A stretch of DNA of 64,000 nucleotides, taken from positions 170,378,001-170,442,000 of the forward strand of contig NC_058368.1 of NCBI RefSeq assembly GCF_018350175.1. The letters run 5' to 3'. Numbering within the stretch: the first letter of the stretch is position 1; every line of letters starts with the position of its first letter. Under the pieces are notes generated by a model that was given only the letters and a program-made list of their open reading frames with translations, had not been told where the DNA came from and searched no databases. Positions 11,245 through 23,114 of the stretch are shown here, piece by piece. This stretch comes from Felis catus. Taxonomy: Eukaryota. The translations under genes were made by a program, and so were the position numbers.

Positions 11245-11450
11245 AGAGGGGAGAATATGATAGGTAAAGATAGGGTTAAATAGGCAGAGAGGGAAAGGTT
11301 AGGACTTGAGGCCCTTGAATGTGGAAAAAACACACACAAAAAAATATTTTAAAATAGTGCCAGGAATGTCTGACCGTGAAAGAGAACCCCCCTCAGGTCT
11401 GACCATGATAAAAGCTCCCGCAAACATAAAGTTTTTCTTAAGAATATAAC
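11245..11450 (+). mobile_element. PPT plus truncated LTR U3 (inner ERV 1)
   Basis: ttcagcaggaagcagttag motif at 11174, then gttc-agaggggagaa PPT at 11245-11255 followed by LTR-like sequence. Confidence 0.7.
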
Positions 11451-11461
11451 AAACACTATTA

Positions 11462-12005
11462 CTACCTCATTTACTCCCTGACTGTGATAATGTGGTTCTC
11501 ATATCAGATTAAGAAACGGTTGCCTTGGCTCTTTCGCTGGTAGGACTCCTGGCTCTTGGAAAAGTTTTACACTGTGAAATAAAGCAAACTGTCTGTTTAC
11601 TCAGAAGAACTCCAAATGACCCCTCACAAGCATTAGATGCTTTAATCAAGAATTAAGTAAAGTTAAGGCCAGACTCTTGGAAAATTGAGCCACCATTAAT
11701 TACTTTCTGCTGCTCCATCACCTGGGCTGTGAGGCATTCCCTTACATGTGTTGTTTTGATATATAAACGATAATTCCCATAAAGTCTCACAAATGATAGA
11801 TGACATTCAGGCACAATTGGACAAAGTCAGTGTCTCTCTTAGGTTGTTTGACTGGTTTGGGAACTACGAACGTTATCCTAGAGATGCCATCTTTTTGGTC
11901 AGTTTAATCTTTAGTTTGTGTTTTTCTCTTTGTGTCTACCAATGTTTGTGCCACCTCATTCCTGCCAGCCTTCCTGTGGAACCATATCATAGACCACTCG
12001 ACTGA
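11462..12005 (+). pseudogene. env: env TM subunit remnant 2, alpharetrovirus(ASLV)-like architecture
   Basis: LPDCDNVVLISD*ETVALALSLVGLLALGKVLHCEIKQTVCLL…/NQELSKVKARLLEN*ATINYFLLLHHLGCEAFPYMCCFDI/NDNSHKV…LFDWFG…TM…YHRPLD; 2 frameshifts and 2 internal stops. Confidence 0.88.
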
Positions 12006-12100
12006 CCCTTGGGTAGACTTTGACTGCTGTACCCCCATAATGTCCCTTGTCAACTTGAAGAAGCCAGAGCAGTCATTGTCCTTGTTAGGGGCCCTATTCC

Positions 12101-12510
12101 AGGGGGAGGAATGAGTAGGGAATGAGTTAACAGTAGGCAGGGAAAGATAAAGATAAAGGACCCTCAGTGAGGCTGACTGAAGCTGTGGGGGCTCCACCCA
12201 GCTGGCCACACCCTAGGCAACAAGGCTTACCACAGCAGCCCTCCTACTCATTGCAGTGTCAACCTTGTGCCCGCCACCCCTGCCTCGTGCTGCAGCTGCA
12301 GTAGGAAGCTGAAGCTATGGCGGGTTTGGGGAAAAAGAAAAGAATAAATGAATTCCAGACCTGTCTACATTACGTGCCATGAATGGAGTCTTACAAAGTG
12401 TTATCCATTTCCTGATCAGGTCCCAATAAAAAACCAGAGACAAATATCCTTAGCAGCAACCCTGTCGGGACCCCTCGCACTCTTGAGAGCTTTGTACTTT
12501 TACTCAATAC
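12101..12510 (+). mobile_element. PPT plus 3'-truncated LTR (inner ERV 2)
   Basis: gaagaagccagagcagtcattgtc motif, PPT agggggaggaa at 12101-12111, TG start at 12112, TATA-like aataaaaa ~12425, R-like cgggacccctcgcactcttgagagctttgtacttttactcaata. Confidence 0.8.
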
Positions 12511-14606
12511 CTAGGGTATTGGCAAAATTGATTTTGAAAAGGGCTCTATTTAATTGGCATAAAAATAAGTGCTTTTGAAAGTATTCCTAAAACTCAGAAA
12601 TACAGAAACTAACTCAAATGTGTTCAAGTTCATGTGATTTGGGATATTCTGCATTAAATATAACGCAGACATGCAATGATTATTCTACCTGGGTTTGCTA
12701 GCCCAATAGGTTCATGTTATCTCTTCTGTCAGCAAGGAAAATACCTTGGGATTATGGCTTTCTCTAATGTCTCATGAACTTTTAATGTATAGTCTAAACA
12801 TATTTGTTGTAAGCAAATGGTTTAGATAGATGTAAGTAGAATAAAAGTTATAAATAAACTTTTCAGCAACAATTATTTTTCCCAAATATTTTTGGTAACT
12901 TGAAGCCTTAGAGTTTTACTAAGTTAAATGGTGGATATTTATTAAATATCTAGATGATTTCCTGATAAAACAATATACTGACACATTAATTACTGAACAT
13001 AGGCTTATCTACTTTTGGCTTCCTATTACCAAGAAACTAAATATACTTGGTTCTGTTAGTAAACATGTCCTGTACTATACTGAAAGACTACACTATGAAG
13101 AAGCTTGTATTTCTAGAAATTACGAGCTGTATTCATAAATTTGCCAATCTTTTTTTTTAATAAATTTGCCAACCTAACAGTTAACAAATGCTTACTTCTT
13201 AGTTTTCATTACAAATTAACACATGTAATATAAAACTGGGAAACAAACTGGGAAGCAACTCTGTATAGAAGGAAAGTAGGATGTGTTTTCAGTAAAAAAA
13301 AAAAAAAAAGAAAGGCAAGGAGATGCATTTTTATTAAGGAAAAAGAAAATAAATTTGTTCTAAAGTAAAACTAGGTTTTTTTCAGAGTGGGAAGGAAGAA
13401 AATGAAGGACAAACTAAATATATATAGAAAGTTAAGACATGGAAAGAAAAAGAGAGACAGAGTGAGACTTGTGTAGTCAACTTGGCTAAACTGAATTGTT
13501 ATAAGCGTTTTTAAAAGTAAGCTTTAATATTAATAGTTTGCTTATGTAATTTTCTGCTAAATATCTTGCTGAAAAGAAAAAGTTTTCTTAGACTATTGAT
13601 CTGCTCTTGATAAAATATTATCAATGGTTTCTCTTTACCTTTGAAGTAATTATATCTTACTAAAATAATTTCCTGTGCTTCATGTTCTCTCTATCAAGGC
13701 TTTCATTACTTAACTGTCTTAATAGTAAGACCTAAGTTTTGCTTAGAATTATGTAACTTTTTGTATTTTCCTTTAAAATCTTCTTTCACTTTGGTTAAAT
13801 AGATAATTAAATATTGTTTATAGTGAACCATGATCCTATTTAGTCAAGTGTCCAAATCTTTTGATATTTTTTAACAAACTTTCCAAAATCAAATCCTGAA
13901 TGAAGTTTTTTGGCTTGTAAGAAACTTGGGATTTTCCAGAGCATCCCTGAAACATCTCAAAAGATTTGTTCTCTCCTTATAAAAAGAGAGATAGTAAACT
14001 AATTAGGCTTATTTGATATGTCAAATTACAAAGAAAGCATTGTCAAATAAGTGATACTAAACCTTCTAAGATTATATTTGTGTGGATATATGTTATTAAT
14101 ATGTGTTCTAGTAATTGTATAAAATTCCTAAAATTCTGATATATTTTGGTAAAATGTTATCAGTTGTAATTGTAATATTATCTTAAACATTTTGTGTCAT
14201 GGAAACACCTATTTTTTTTTTTTTTTGCTAATAATGAACTCTTATGAGACCTTTAACAATGGCTATTTTTTAAGTCTTTTTGCAATTTACAAAAGTTATT
14301 GTTTTACTCTAATGCTTTTGCACAAGTATTTCATCTTTAGAGAGATTCAGGGAAAGGAATCCAAAAAGCATAGGCTTCTAGTAACTTTCAGATCATATCA
14401 CTAACCTGGGGAAGAATTTACAGAACTCTAATGGAAAAACTGATGGCTTCATAAAAATAACAAAATCAAGATCAACAAAAATTAATTACACAGGACTAAA
14501 TGAACTGACTAGGATTATAATAATTTTTATGTTTTTTATTTGAAACATTGTTAGTTCTTTTATGTTTTATTTTTCCAGACTTAAGGAAACCTTTGTCTTT
14601 TCTCTC

Positions 14607-14826
14607 TTTTTTTAAACTTTTATTTAGATTATTATTTTTTTTTTTTTGAGAGACACAGAGCATGAGTGGGGGAGGAGCAGAGAAAAAGGGAGACACAGAG
14701 TCTGAAGCAAGCTCCAGCCTTGAGCTATCAGCACAGAGCCCAACTCAGGGCTCGAACTCATGAACTGTGAGATCATGACCTGAGCCGAAGTCAGGCCCTT
14801 AATGGACTGAGCCACCCACACGCCCC
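14607..14826 (-). mobile_element. CAN-SINE
   Basis: Canonical antisense body ending in cgcccc. Confidence 0.95.
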
Positions 14827-14830
14827 TCCA

Positions 14831-14997
14831 TTTAAAAAAATATATATATATTTATTTATTTATTTAGAATCCCAAGCAGGCTGAATGGTGCCAGCACAAA
14901 GCCAGATGTGGAGCTCAAACTCATGAACTGTGAGATCATGACCTGAGCAGCAAACCAAGAGTCAGACGCTTAACCCACTGAACCATCCAGGTGCCCC
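14831..14997 (-). mobile_element. CAN-SINE (older type)
   Basis: gaatcccaagcaggct…gagatcatgacctgagc…ggtgcccc; tcttttctct flanks the SINE pair. Confidence 0.9.
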
Positions 14998-15548
14998 TCT
15001 CTTTTCTCTTAAGCCATCAGAAATGTGGTAAAATATAGTTTTGTGGACAAAGAAAAAACATTTATCTTTTTGTCCTTGTCTGATTCCTCCAGAATTCAGA
15101 AACTCTTAGTGAATATTCTTATCTTCATGGCAATATAGTTATTTGCATAAGCCCAATAAGAATCTGTTCTCCTGGTATCAGGACACAATTGAAACATTGA
15201 TTATATTACCGAGGCTTTGACTGGAATGTCACATTTGAGAATGATGTGCAAGGATCAGATATAACCAGACAGTTTTAAGGAACTAAGGTTGACTTTATGG
15301 AAGAAATAAAACCCCTTGTTTACAAGGTTCCAGACAACCTTACCAGGTAGCAAGGAAGATCATTTCCTGGTAAGTTCAGTAACCCCAAGCTATTTGGGGA
15401 ACTTCAAGAAGAGAGGAATGTACAGGTTTTGTAGGTAGTTTGATGGTGATTCTTTGCCTTGGCTTCCTAACCTCAAGGGTCTTTTAAAAGTTCAACCTGA
15501 TATTCTTTATGAAAATTTCAGCAAAGCAGATTTAAAAGAGCCTATATG

Positions 15549-15745
15549 TTACGGACAGCATTTGTTATGATGAGCACTGGGTGTTAAATGTAAGTGATGA
15601 ATCACTAAATCCTATACCTGAAATCAATTTTACCATATATGTTAACTAACTACAATTTAAATAAAAACTTAAGATCAAAAAAAGCAAAATAAATCAAAAC
15701 AAAATGCCTATAAACAAAACAAAACAAACAAACAAACAAACAAAA
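15549..15745 (+). mobile_element. 5'-truncated carnivore L1 3' end
   Basis: gatgagcactgggtgtt…gttaactaactacaatttaaataaaaac plus A-rich tail; TSD aaa(g/c)agcctatatg. Confidence 0.9.
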
Positions 15746-16580
15746 ACAGCCTATATGGCCAATTGCTATTCTTGCTGCACCTATGTTAATAATCAGGCCA
15801 AGTTTAACAAGACTAGACTTATTTGGCAAACAAATTAGTCTTACTTTATCTCTGATAGAAAGGGGGATTACCATAGACAGAAAAATTATGTTTCAATAGA
15901 AAACTTTAGTGCACCCTTTTGGATACCCGATTCTAGTGCTGTTAACTGTCTTTGAGTTTTTGCTTCCTACCTGCAAACTAACCGAATCTTAAATTCTTCT
16001 AGTTTCTTCCAATATTTGGCTACAACTCTCCAAACTAACATTTCCAATTTTCTGCCGCTTTGATTTGGAACCACTAAGAACAAAAATTGCCCTTTTCCCA
16101 GAAGTCCTGAAAACTGAGTGTAAGTGACTTGATATAAACTTCAGAGAAATCACCATAATAACTTGTGTTTAGACAATCTTTGTGCCTGTTGCTGTGTGGG
16201 CTACTCAGAAAGTTTGCGTGAACACCCAATGACATCATCAGAGATATTCAAACAGCAGAAGATGATTTGACCCTAACATCTAGAAATCTTCTTCACTAGC
16301 TGCCACTTAGGCTCAGAAACTGGTTTATAATTTGCTCCAGTCATTAACCATTGTTTTTCTTTTGTTTCCATAAAAATGCTTTATTAAATACCTGATTTCT
16401 CACACAATATAGGTCTAACTGTGGGATCCCAGGTGCATCACCATCTCCTAAAATGAGACACAACTGTTTAATCGAACTGACCTACTTTCATCACTGAGAG
16501 ATTAAGTCAATGAAATAATAGATCAACTTACCAAACTCAGCTTCTAAATTGTGAAGCCTCTTAAAGTTTCAAAAGTGGGA

Positions 16581-17070
16581 TTAAAGGGGCAGAATATGGC
16601 CCCCCAAAATATGCCACTTAGGCATATTGATTATTTTGAATTAAAGTTACTTAAGAAACAGCCAGTGCAAGACACTCTGACTTCCTTTGTTGCCCTGAAA
16701 GCAGGAAATAAATCCCCCATGTGAAAGGTACCCTGTTTGTTCTAGGAGAGTTGAAGGCATTCCTACCAGAGATAGGGAATTTAGGGCCAAGAAGGCTTTA
16801 TAAACAAACCTTGTTACTTCATTAATTTACTACCCCTAGCCCAAACTCCTTTGTCTTGTCAATTCTTCACAAATTTGTTGTTTCCTTGTCTACAAGATAC
16901 AAAAGCTGCCTACTTTGTTTGGTTAAACTTCGAGTCTCACATAGTTATGGGTTCCCACATGTACAGAATTAAATTGGTTTTTCTCCTGTTAACCTGTCTT
17001 ACATCAATTTAATTATTAGACCAGCCAAAGCATCTAGATGGGAAAAAGGGAAATTTTTTTCTCCCCTACA
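16581..17070 (+). mobile_element. MER34-like LTR (3' LTR of the mosaic ERV)
   Basis: Purine tract aaaagtggga upstream; ccccaaaatatgccacttaggcatattgattattttgaatt; ends cctgttaacctgtct…ctcccctaca. Confidence 0.88.
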
Positions 17071-17184
17071 TGTAGAACAAATGCATAGAGTACCATTACA
17101 GATCGGTTCCATCACCCTAAAAATCCCCTTCTATGTACATTTTTTAAAACACTCTAATAGCTCCAGCATTTTTCTTGGACACAG

Positions 17185-17213
17185 TTTTTTTTTTAAGTTT
17201 ATTTATTCATTTT

Positions 17214-17266
<53 letters not shown>

Positions 17267-17426
17267 TGTGCATGCAAGTGAGAGAGGGGCAGAGAAAGGA
17301 GACAGAGAACCTTGGCACTGTCAGGGTGGAGCCTGACCCAGGGCTCAAAGTAACAAAGCATGAGATCATGACCTGAGCTGAAATCATGAGTCAGACGCTT
17401 AACCCACTGAGCCACTCAGGCACCCC
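17185..17426 (-). mobile_element. CAN-SINE
   Basis: Antisense body with (GA)n; TSD cttggaca(c/t)agtttt. Confidence 0.95.
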
Positions 17427-17791
17427 TCTTGGACATAGTTTTACCAGTAGCTTAAATCTCACTGAGCCCTAGAGTAGCAAGCATGCTTTACAAGAGTAAA
17501 TAGAAAAAATAGAAACAAAAATGTTTTGCAGGAGTAATGGCCAAATTTGCTTGAAAATAAACTTAAGATTCAGTTTAAAAGCTTTTTTTTCCAGCATTGT
17601 TGTTATTTATCTGAACAGTGGAGAAGGCAAACTGCTAAATAGGACCTTTTCTGTATATATACATTAAAGGAATCACCACAAATAACAGTTTTGATTGTCA
17701 TCAACTTTATAAATTCATGTGTCTGATAGATTTCTAGGGAAGTGAGTCATAAACCCAAACTCCTTAAATCTCCTTTGTTTCCCTATTCTTA

Positions 17792-18018
17792 AAAAAATAA
17801 AAACAACTCTTTTTAATGTTTATTCATTTTTGAGAGACAGAGAGTGTGTGAGCAGGGGAGGGGCAGAGAGAGAGACACACACACACACAGAATCCAAAGC
17901 AGGCTCCAGGCTCTGAGCTGTCAGCACAGAGCCTGATGAGGGCTTGAACCCACGAATTGTGAGATCAGGACCTGAGCTGAAGTCAGATGCTTAACAGACT
18001 GAGCCACCCGGGTGCCCC
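17792..18018 (-). mobile_element. CAN-SINE
   Basis: Antisense body; TSD ctttgtttccctattctta. Confidence 0.95.
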
Positions 18019-18039
18019 CTTTGTTTCCCTATTCTTACT

Positions 18040-18678
18040 GCTTTGATTCAGCTCCTATCATCTCTCACCTAATCTATTAAAATAATTTCCTATCTGGTTT
18101 CCCTCAGGCAACGTCCCCTGACTGAAAAACCTCTGCCTACATATTCTCCAAACTTAATATTTTTAAAACCCAAATCTCATTATGTTTCTCTCTCAATTAA
18201 AAACTAGTTTGCCATCAGGAAGATCCCCAAATTCCATAGCATGGCACACATATGACTCACTGACCCTTCCAGCCAAATCCGTGTACTTCACAAACACACC
18301 TGTTTGACCACGCAAAACTCATACCCATTCCCCAAATGGACCACCCGGTTTCTCCTCTATGCCTTTCTCCCTATTCTTCTCTCTTTGCAAACACTAACCT
18401 ATCCTTCAAAACCCAATTAGACTTCACCTCCTGTGGAATCTTTCACCAGTTCTCAAAACGAATTCACTTTTTCTTTTTTCTTGCACTTTGTGTTCTCATG
18501 GCCCTTCACAGCATATCATGTTGTGTAGTACTTCTTTAGATCTGTCTTTTTTATAAAGTTTGAGCTTCTTAAAGGAAAGACACTGTCTTTCACCTTTGGT
18601 GCCATACTTAAGACCTAGAAAATGCCTGGCTTATTAGCTGGCATTTGGTAGATATTTGCGGTGTGAGTGAATGAGTGA
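18040..18678 (+). mobile_element. L2 3' region
   Basis: atcatctctcaccta…ccttcaaaacccaatt…tttgagcttcttaaaggaaagacactgtc…gtgaatgagtga terminus. Confidence 0.75.
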
Positions 18679-19600
18679 TCAGCTAGAATGTGAATTTAGA
18701 CAGTCACACCAAAAAATAAAATGACAGAATCCTGGAAGGCTTGCACTGGCTTATTCGTTTATTTTCTTCCCTAGGTTGCTTGTTGAATCAGAGAAGCGAG
18801 AAGTAGATGATCATGGGATAGAATAGCAAGGCATAAATGTCAGCTCCATCACAAAAATACATCTGACAAGGGTATAAAAAATAAAATAGTAAAAATATAG
18901 TTAAATATTTTAATAGTAAAAAAAATAGTTACTCAGAGATGCTCTCTCCTGCTTAATTCTGGGGCTGTGTTGTATATTGTTTACCACTGAAGTAGCTATA
19001 ATCATTTTTTAAATCTTTGGCAATTTTTATTTTACATTAAAGGTAAGAGACAACTTAACATCATCAGCCATATACTAAAATCATCTCTTAGAATGAGATA
19101 CTTTTAGAAAGACTTCATTTAGGAATGAACCAGTAAATTAACTAATAAGACCCAGTGGTTTTATTTAGTATCTGTCTCCAGGTCTCTCACATCCTGTGCA
19201 TTCACTTTTTGCCTCTGTGCATGAGCTGAGACAAGAAGAAAAGAGCTGGCATCTTTAGCCCCTTAATACATACAGTGCCCTCCCTTCTTTTCTAATATTC
19301 CTACAATATGAGCCCCTGTGGGGTCACTATCTATACTCTGGTTGAGTAAAGAGTCAAAAATTTACTTAAGGAAGCTGTGAATGGACTTGAAGATTAGATA
19401 GTGCCTTCTGTTCATTTAGTCCTGGATCTTCAGATGAATTTACAGATCAGATAAACATTTAATTTTTGAAACTTCAATTCTTGCCCAGGAGCTACTGGTT
19501 TCAAACTATCTAGAGTCTCAGATTTGATCTTCCCTTAGCTTTTCTACTCTCTCTGCCACTCACCCTACCTATATCACTACTTAAAATTACTATCAAACAA

Positions 19601-19806
19601 GGGTGCCTGGGTGGTTCATTCGGTTAAGTGTCTGACTCTTAATCTCATCTCAGGTCATGATCTCATGATTTGTAAGATCAAGCCACATGTTGGGCTCTGC
19701 GCTAACAGAGTGAAGCCTGCCTGAGATTCTCCTTCTCTCTCTGCCCCTCCTCTGTTCGTGCTCTCTCTCTCTCAAAATAAATAAATAAATAAATAAATAA
19801 ACTTAA
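19601..19806 (+). mobile_element. CAN-SINE
   Basis: gggtgcctgggtggttca…(taaa)n; TSD aaaattactatcaaaca. Confidence 0.95.
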
Positions 19807-19947
19807 AAAAATTACTATCAAACATGAAGATTATTAGCATACATAACTCCACTTGAATCAAGAAGAATTCTTAACTTTTGAACAGTTGTCTGTAAATATC
19901 TGAAAAAGACTTGCCCTTGGAGAGATTAGCTATCAGTTATCATTTTT

Positions 19948-20074
19948 ATTTTTGTAATATGAAATTTATTGTCAAATTGGTTTCCATATAACACCCAGTG
20001 CTCATCCCAACAGGTGCCCTCCTCAACACCCATCACTCATCCTCCCCTCCCTCCCACCCCCCATCAAGCCTCAG
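19948..20074 (-). mobile_element. 5'-truncated feline L1 3' end
   Basis: aaatttattgtcaaattggtttccatataacacccagtgctcatcccaacaggtgccctcc; TSD ca(g/a)ttatcattttt. Confidence 0.9.
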
Positions 20075-20858
20075 CAATTATCATTTTTGAATAAAATTAT
20101 ATATATATATAAAAGAAAAATAATTTTAAACTATTATATCTAAAAAGGGTTAGACTTCCTATAGTAGCACATTGTCCATCAGAAGCACATAGTTAAGATA
20201 TTTAGGAAATGTGTGCATTTGAACAAGGAATATTCAATACATGAAGTGTAAACACTGGAAAGTTCCTGTATTCATACTGAACCAGGAGATTTTGTTTGAA
20301 AAGTGTTTCATAATGATGCAACAGTGCAAATGCCTCTGAAATTAGCTTTCTCCTATACCAACTTGGGAGGGCACTCATTTGTTCTGCTAAATAAACCAAG
20401 GTATATGAACACTGCCCCCCTTAGTTGAGTCTACCCATTTCTGTTCTAGACCAAGAGTAGGTATAGTGCTCTAGGCCCTGTAAAAGAATCTAAGGAATTT
20501 ACACTTGTGCCAGTTTTCATAGTTATCTCAGTTTGGAGAAAGTCATAAGTGACTAAAGGACTCACCTAAGCCATATAGAAATTATAGAGAAAAGAACAAC
20601 CTTTTTAAAGTGAGTCTAAGGAGGCAGGTACAGGCATTTGCTGCTGCATGGGTTGTTTTGCCCTTTGCTCATGGAGGTATTGAACAAATTTCTTGAAAGA
20701 ATCATGTAGCACTGTACTTACCATTAAGAAATTGATGCCAAGATTAAAACTTTGAGCCTCTTAAGAGAAATGTCTTATAAGTTAATGTAAGCAATGCAGA
20801 CTCTGGAAAAGAATATGCATTACTAAATATAAATTTTTTAAAAATATTGTGAAACATG

Positions 20859-21158
20859 CTCCCCCTCTTTCTTCCCCTCCCCAGCTCATACTCTGTCTCT
20901 CAAAAATGAATAAACATTAAAAAAAATTTTTTTAAGCGGCTGGGGGGCACCTGGGTGGCTCAGTTGGTTAAGCGTCCGACTTCAGCTCAGGTCATGATCT
21001 CATAGTTCATGGGTTCAAGCCTCGCATCGGGCTCTGTGCAGACAGCTCAGAGCCTGGAACCTGCTTCAGATTCTGTGTCTCCCTCTCTCTCTGCCCCTCC
21101 CCAGCTCATACTCTGCCTCTCTCTCTCAAAAATGAATAAGGATTAAAAAATTTTTTTT
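20859..21158 (+). mobile_element. CAN-SINE 3' fragment (20859-20935) plus full CAN-SINE (20942-21158) inside one TSD
   Basis: TSD aaatattgtgaaacatg at 20842-20858 and 21159-21175. Confidence 0.92.
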
Positions 21159-21341
21159 AAATATTGTGAAACATGGATCAGTCTCCTGTGAGCTAGTTTA
21201 GCCTGTTCTTCATGGGATGCTCATATAAAATACATTGTCTAAAAAACAAAGGTCCTACAAAAGAGTAAACTCAAAGGTAAAACCACAACATTCTGGCAAA
21301 CCTCTTGGTTAACTGATGGCAGGCTTCTACAGAAGTGATCA

Positions 21342-21816
21342 TATAGAAGCCAAGGGCAGGCTGCCCCAAGATGGGCCCTTGGCATGAGGATTATTTTGAG
21401 CTGAAGGCAACTGAGACCTGCAGGCTCAAGAGAAACTTCTTTCTCTCCCTTAACTACATAGAAGAATATAAATTGGGAGTCTTTCCAGAATAAAGGTTAT
21501 TACCACAGATAAATTTTATCTGAATCACCCATCTATATATATGGCAAGGCAACCATCTAATTACCAAACATCTGTTCTTCTTTTTCTTTCCCTGTGAATT
21601 ACATTCCTTCCCTTTAATTTCCCAGACAGCTATGCCCTTCAGGATGACATATATACCCCATTTTCCTGACTGTCTTTGCAAATTCCATGTCTGTGTAGAT
21701 TCCCTGTACATATGCCATTAAATTTTATTTTATCCTGTTAATCTGTCTCATGTCAATTTGATTCTTAGTCCAGCTAGAAGGACCTTGAAAGGAACAGGAA
21801 TTCTTGCTCCCCAACA
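21342..21816 (+). mobile_element. MER34-like solo LTR
   Basis: ggcatgaggattattttgagctgaaggcaactgaga; ends cctgttaatctgtctcatgtcaatttgattcttagtccagc…ctccccaaca. Confidence 0.88.
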
Positions 21817-21979
21817 ATGGCATTCCTCCTGCTCTGCCTGCTTTTCTCCATTTGAAATTCCACAGTGACCAAATTGAATAATGAGCTCACATGGGATCTA
21901 ATTCCAGAGGCCTTTTTAATAACAATTATCTTTTTGGTATTTGTCTACATATTCTTTAAAAAGAATTCTTACTATTTTT

Positions 21980-22110
21980 CTTACTAAAATGAGGCTTAGA
22001 GTGATTAAATAATTTATCTAGGCTTATAGCTAGTACAGAGCAGAAGTGGGATTTGAACCAACGTTGCCCTGCATGGATGTTTATGTTACCCCCAGGGTAC
22101 TACACAGCTG
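21980..22110 (-). mobile_element. MIR fragment
   Basis: aaatgaggcttagagtgattaaataattt…cagagcagaagtgggatttgaacc core. Confidence 0.7.
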
Positions 22111-22776
22111 TCCATCTTTTTTTTTTCCTCAAATGAATAGTTGAGTAGGTATGACTTGTTTATTTGAATAACTAGCATTTTGGCAAAGATGATTATTAGA
22201 GTCTACTATGAACAAATTAAGCCGACAAATTGGATAACATAGAAGAAATGGATAAATCTCTAGAAATAGACTGAATCACAAGGAAATAGAAATTTCTGAA
22301 CAGACTGAAGTATAGAGATTGAAGTAGTAATCAAAAACTTCCCAACAAAGAAAAGCCTAAGACCACATGGCTTCACTAGTTAAAGCTGCCAAACATTTAA
22401 AGAATTTAAATGTTCCAAAAAACTGAAGAGGAAGGAATACTTCCAAACTTATTTTACAAGGTCAGCATTACCCTCACACCAAACCCAGATAAGGATTCTA
22501 CAAGAAAAAAGAAAAAAAAAATTACAGGCCTATATTCCTGATGAACATAGATATGAAATCCTAAACAAAATACTAGTAAGAGAAATTCAAAAACACATTG
22601 GAAGGTTCATATACCATGACAAATTGGGATTTATTCCTGGAATGCAAGAATGACTCATCATATGCTAATCAAGACATACAACAGAACACTTTAACAAAAT
22701 GAAGGATAAAATTTATATGATCAGCTCAATAAATGCAGAAAATTCATGTGACAAAATTTAACACCATTCATGATAA

Positions 22777-22977
22777 TTTTTTTTTATTTTAGAGAGAGCA
22801 AGAGAGAGAGCACAAGTGGGGGAGAGAAACAAAGGAAGAGAAAAAGAGAGATAGAGAGAGAGAGAATCCTAAGCAGGCTCCATGTTCAGCAAGGAGCCCC
22901 AGAATCTTGGGACAATGATGACCTGAGACCAAAATCATGAGTCAGACACTCAACTGACTGAGCCACCCAGGTGCCCC
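22777..22977 (-). mobile_element. CAN-SINE
   Basis: Antisense body ending in ggtgcccc, inside L1. Confidence 0.92.
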
Positions 22978-23114
22978 TCAAGACAAAAACTATTAACAAA
23001 TTACATATAGAAGGAATGTATCTCAACATAATAAAGTCCATATACAACAAGTTCACAGCTATCATCATACTCAATAGTGAAAAGCTGAAGGTTTTACTTC
23101 TAAGATCAGGAACA

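Larger units (their letters stand above)
5800..17070 (+). mobile_element. Defective mosaic class-I ERV (MER34/MER4-group-like shell containing fragments of other ERVs); 5' LTR not visible
   Basis: MER4-group-like leader (5800-7000), gag/pro/env remnants (7236-12005), AT-rich MER4-group-like internal region (12510-16580), PPT and MER34-like LTR. Confidence 0.8.

Noticed and set aside
11462..12005. Domesticated syncytin or endogenous filovirus GP
   Set aside because: Frameshifts, stops and no SU rule out a functional gene; the retroviral PPT/LTR context and ASLV-like ISD favour a retroviral origin
16581..21816. The two MER34-like LTRs as the 5' and 3' LTRs of one provirus
   Set aside because: They differ substantially, and the DNA between them is L2, SINE and unique sequence with no PBS or ERV internal sequence
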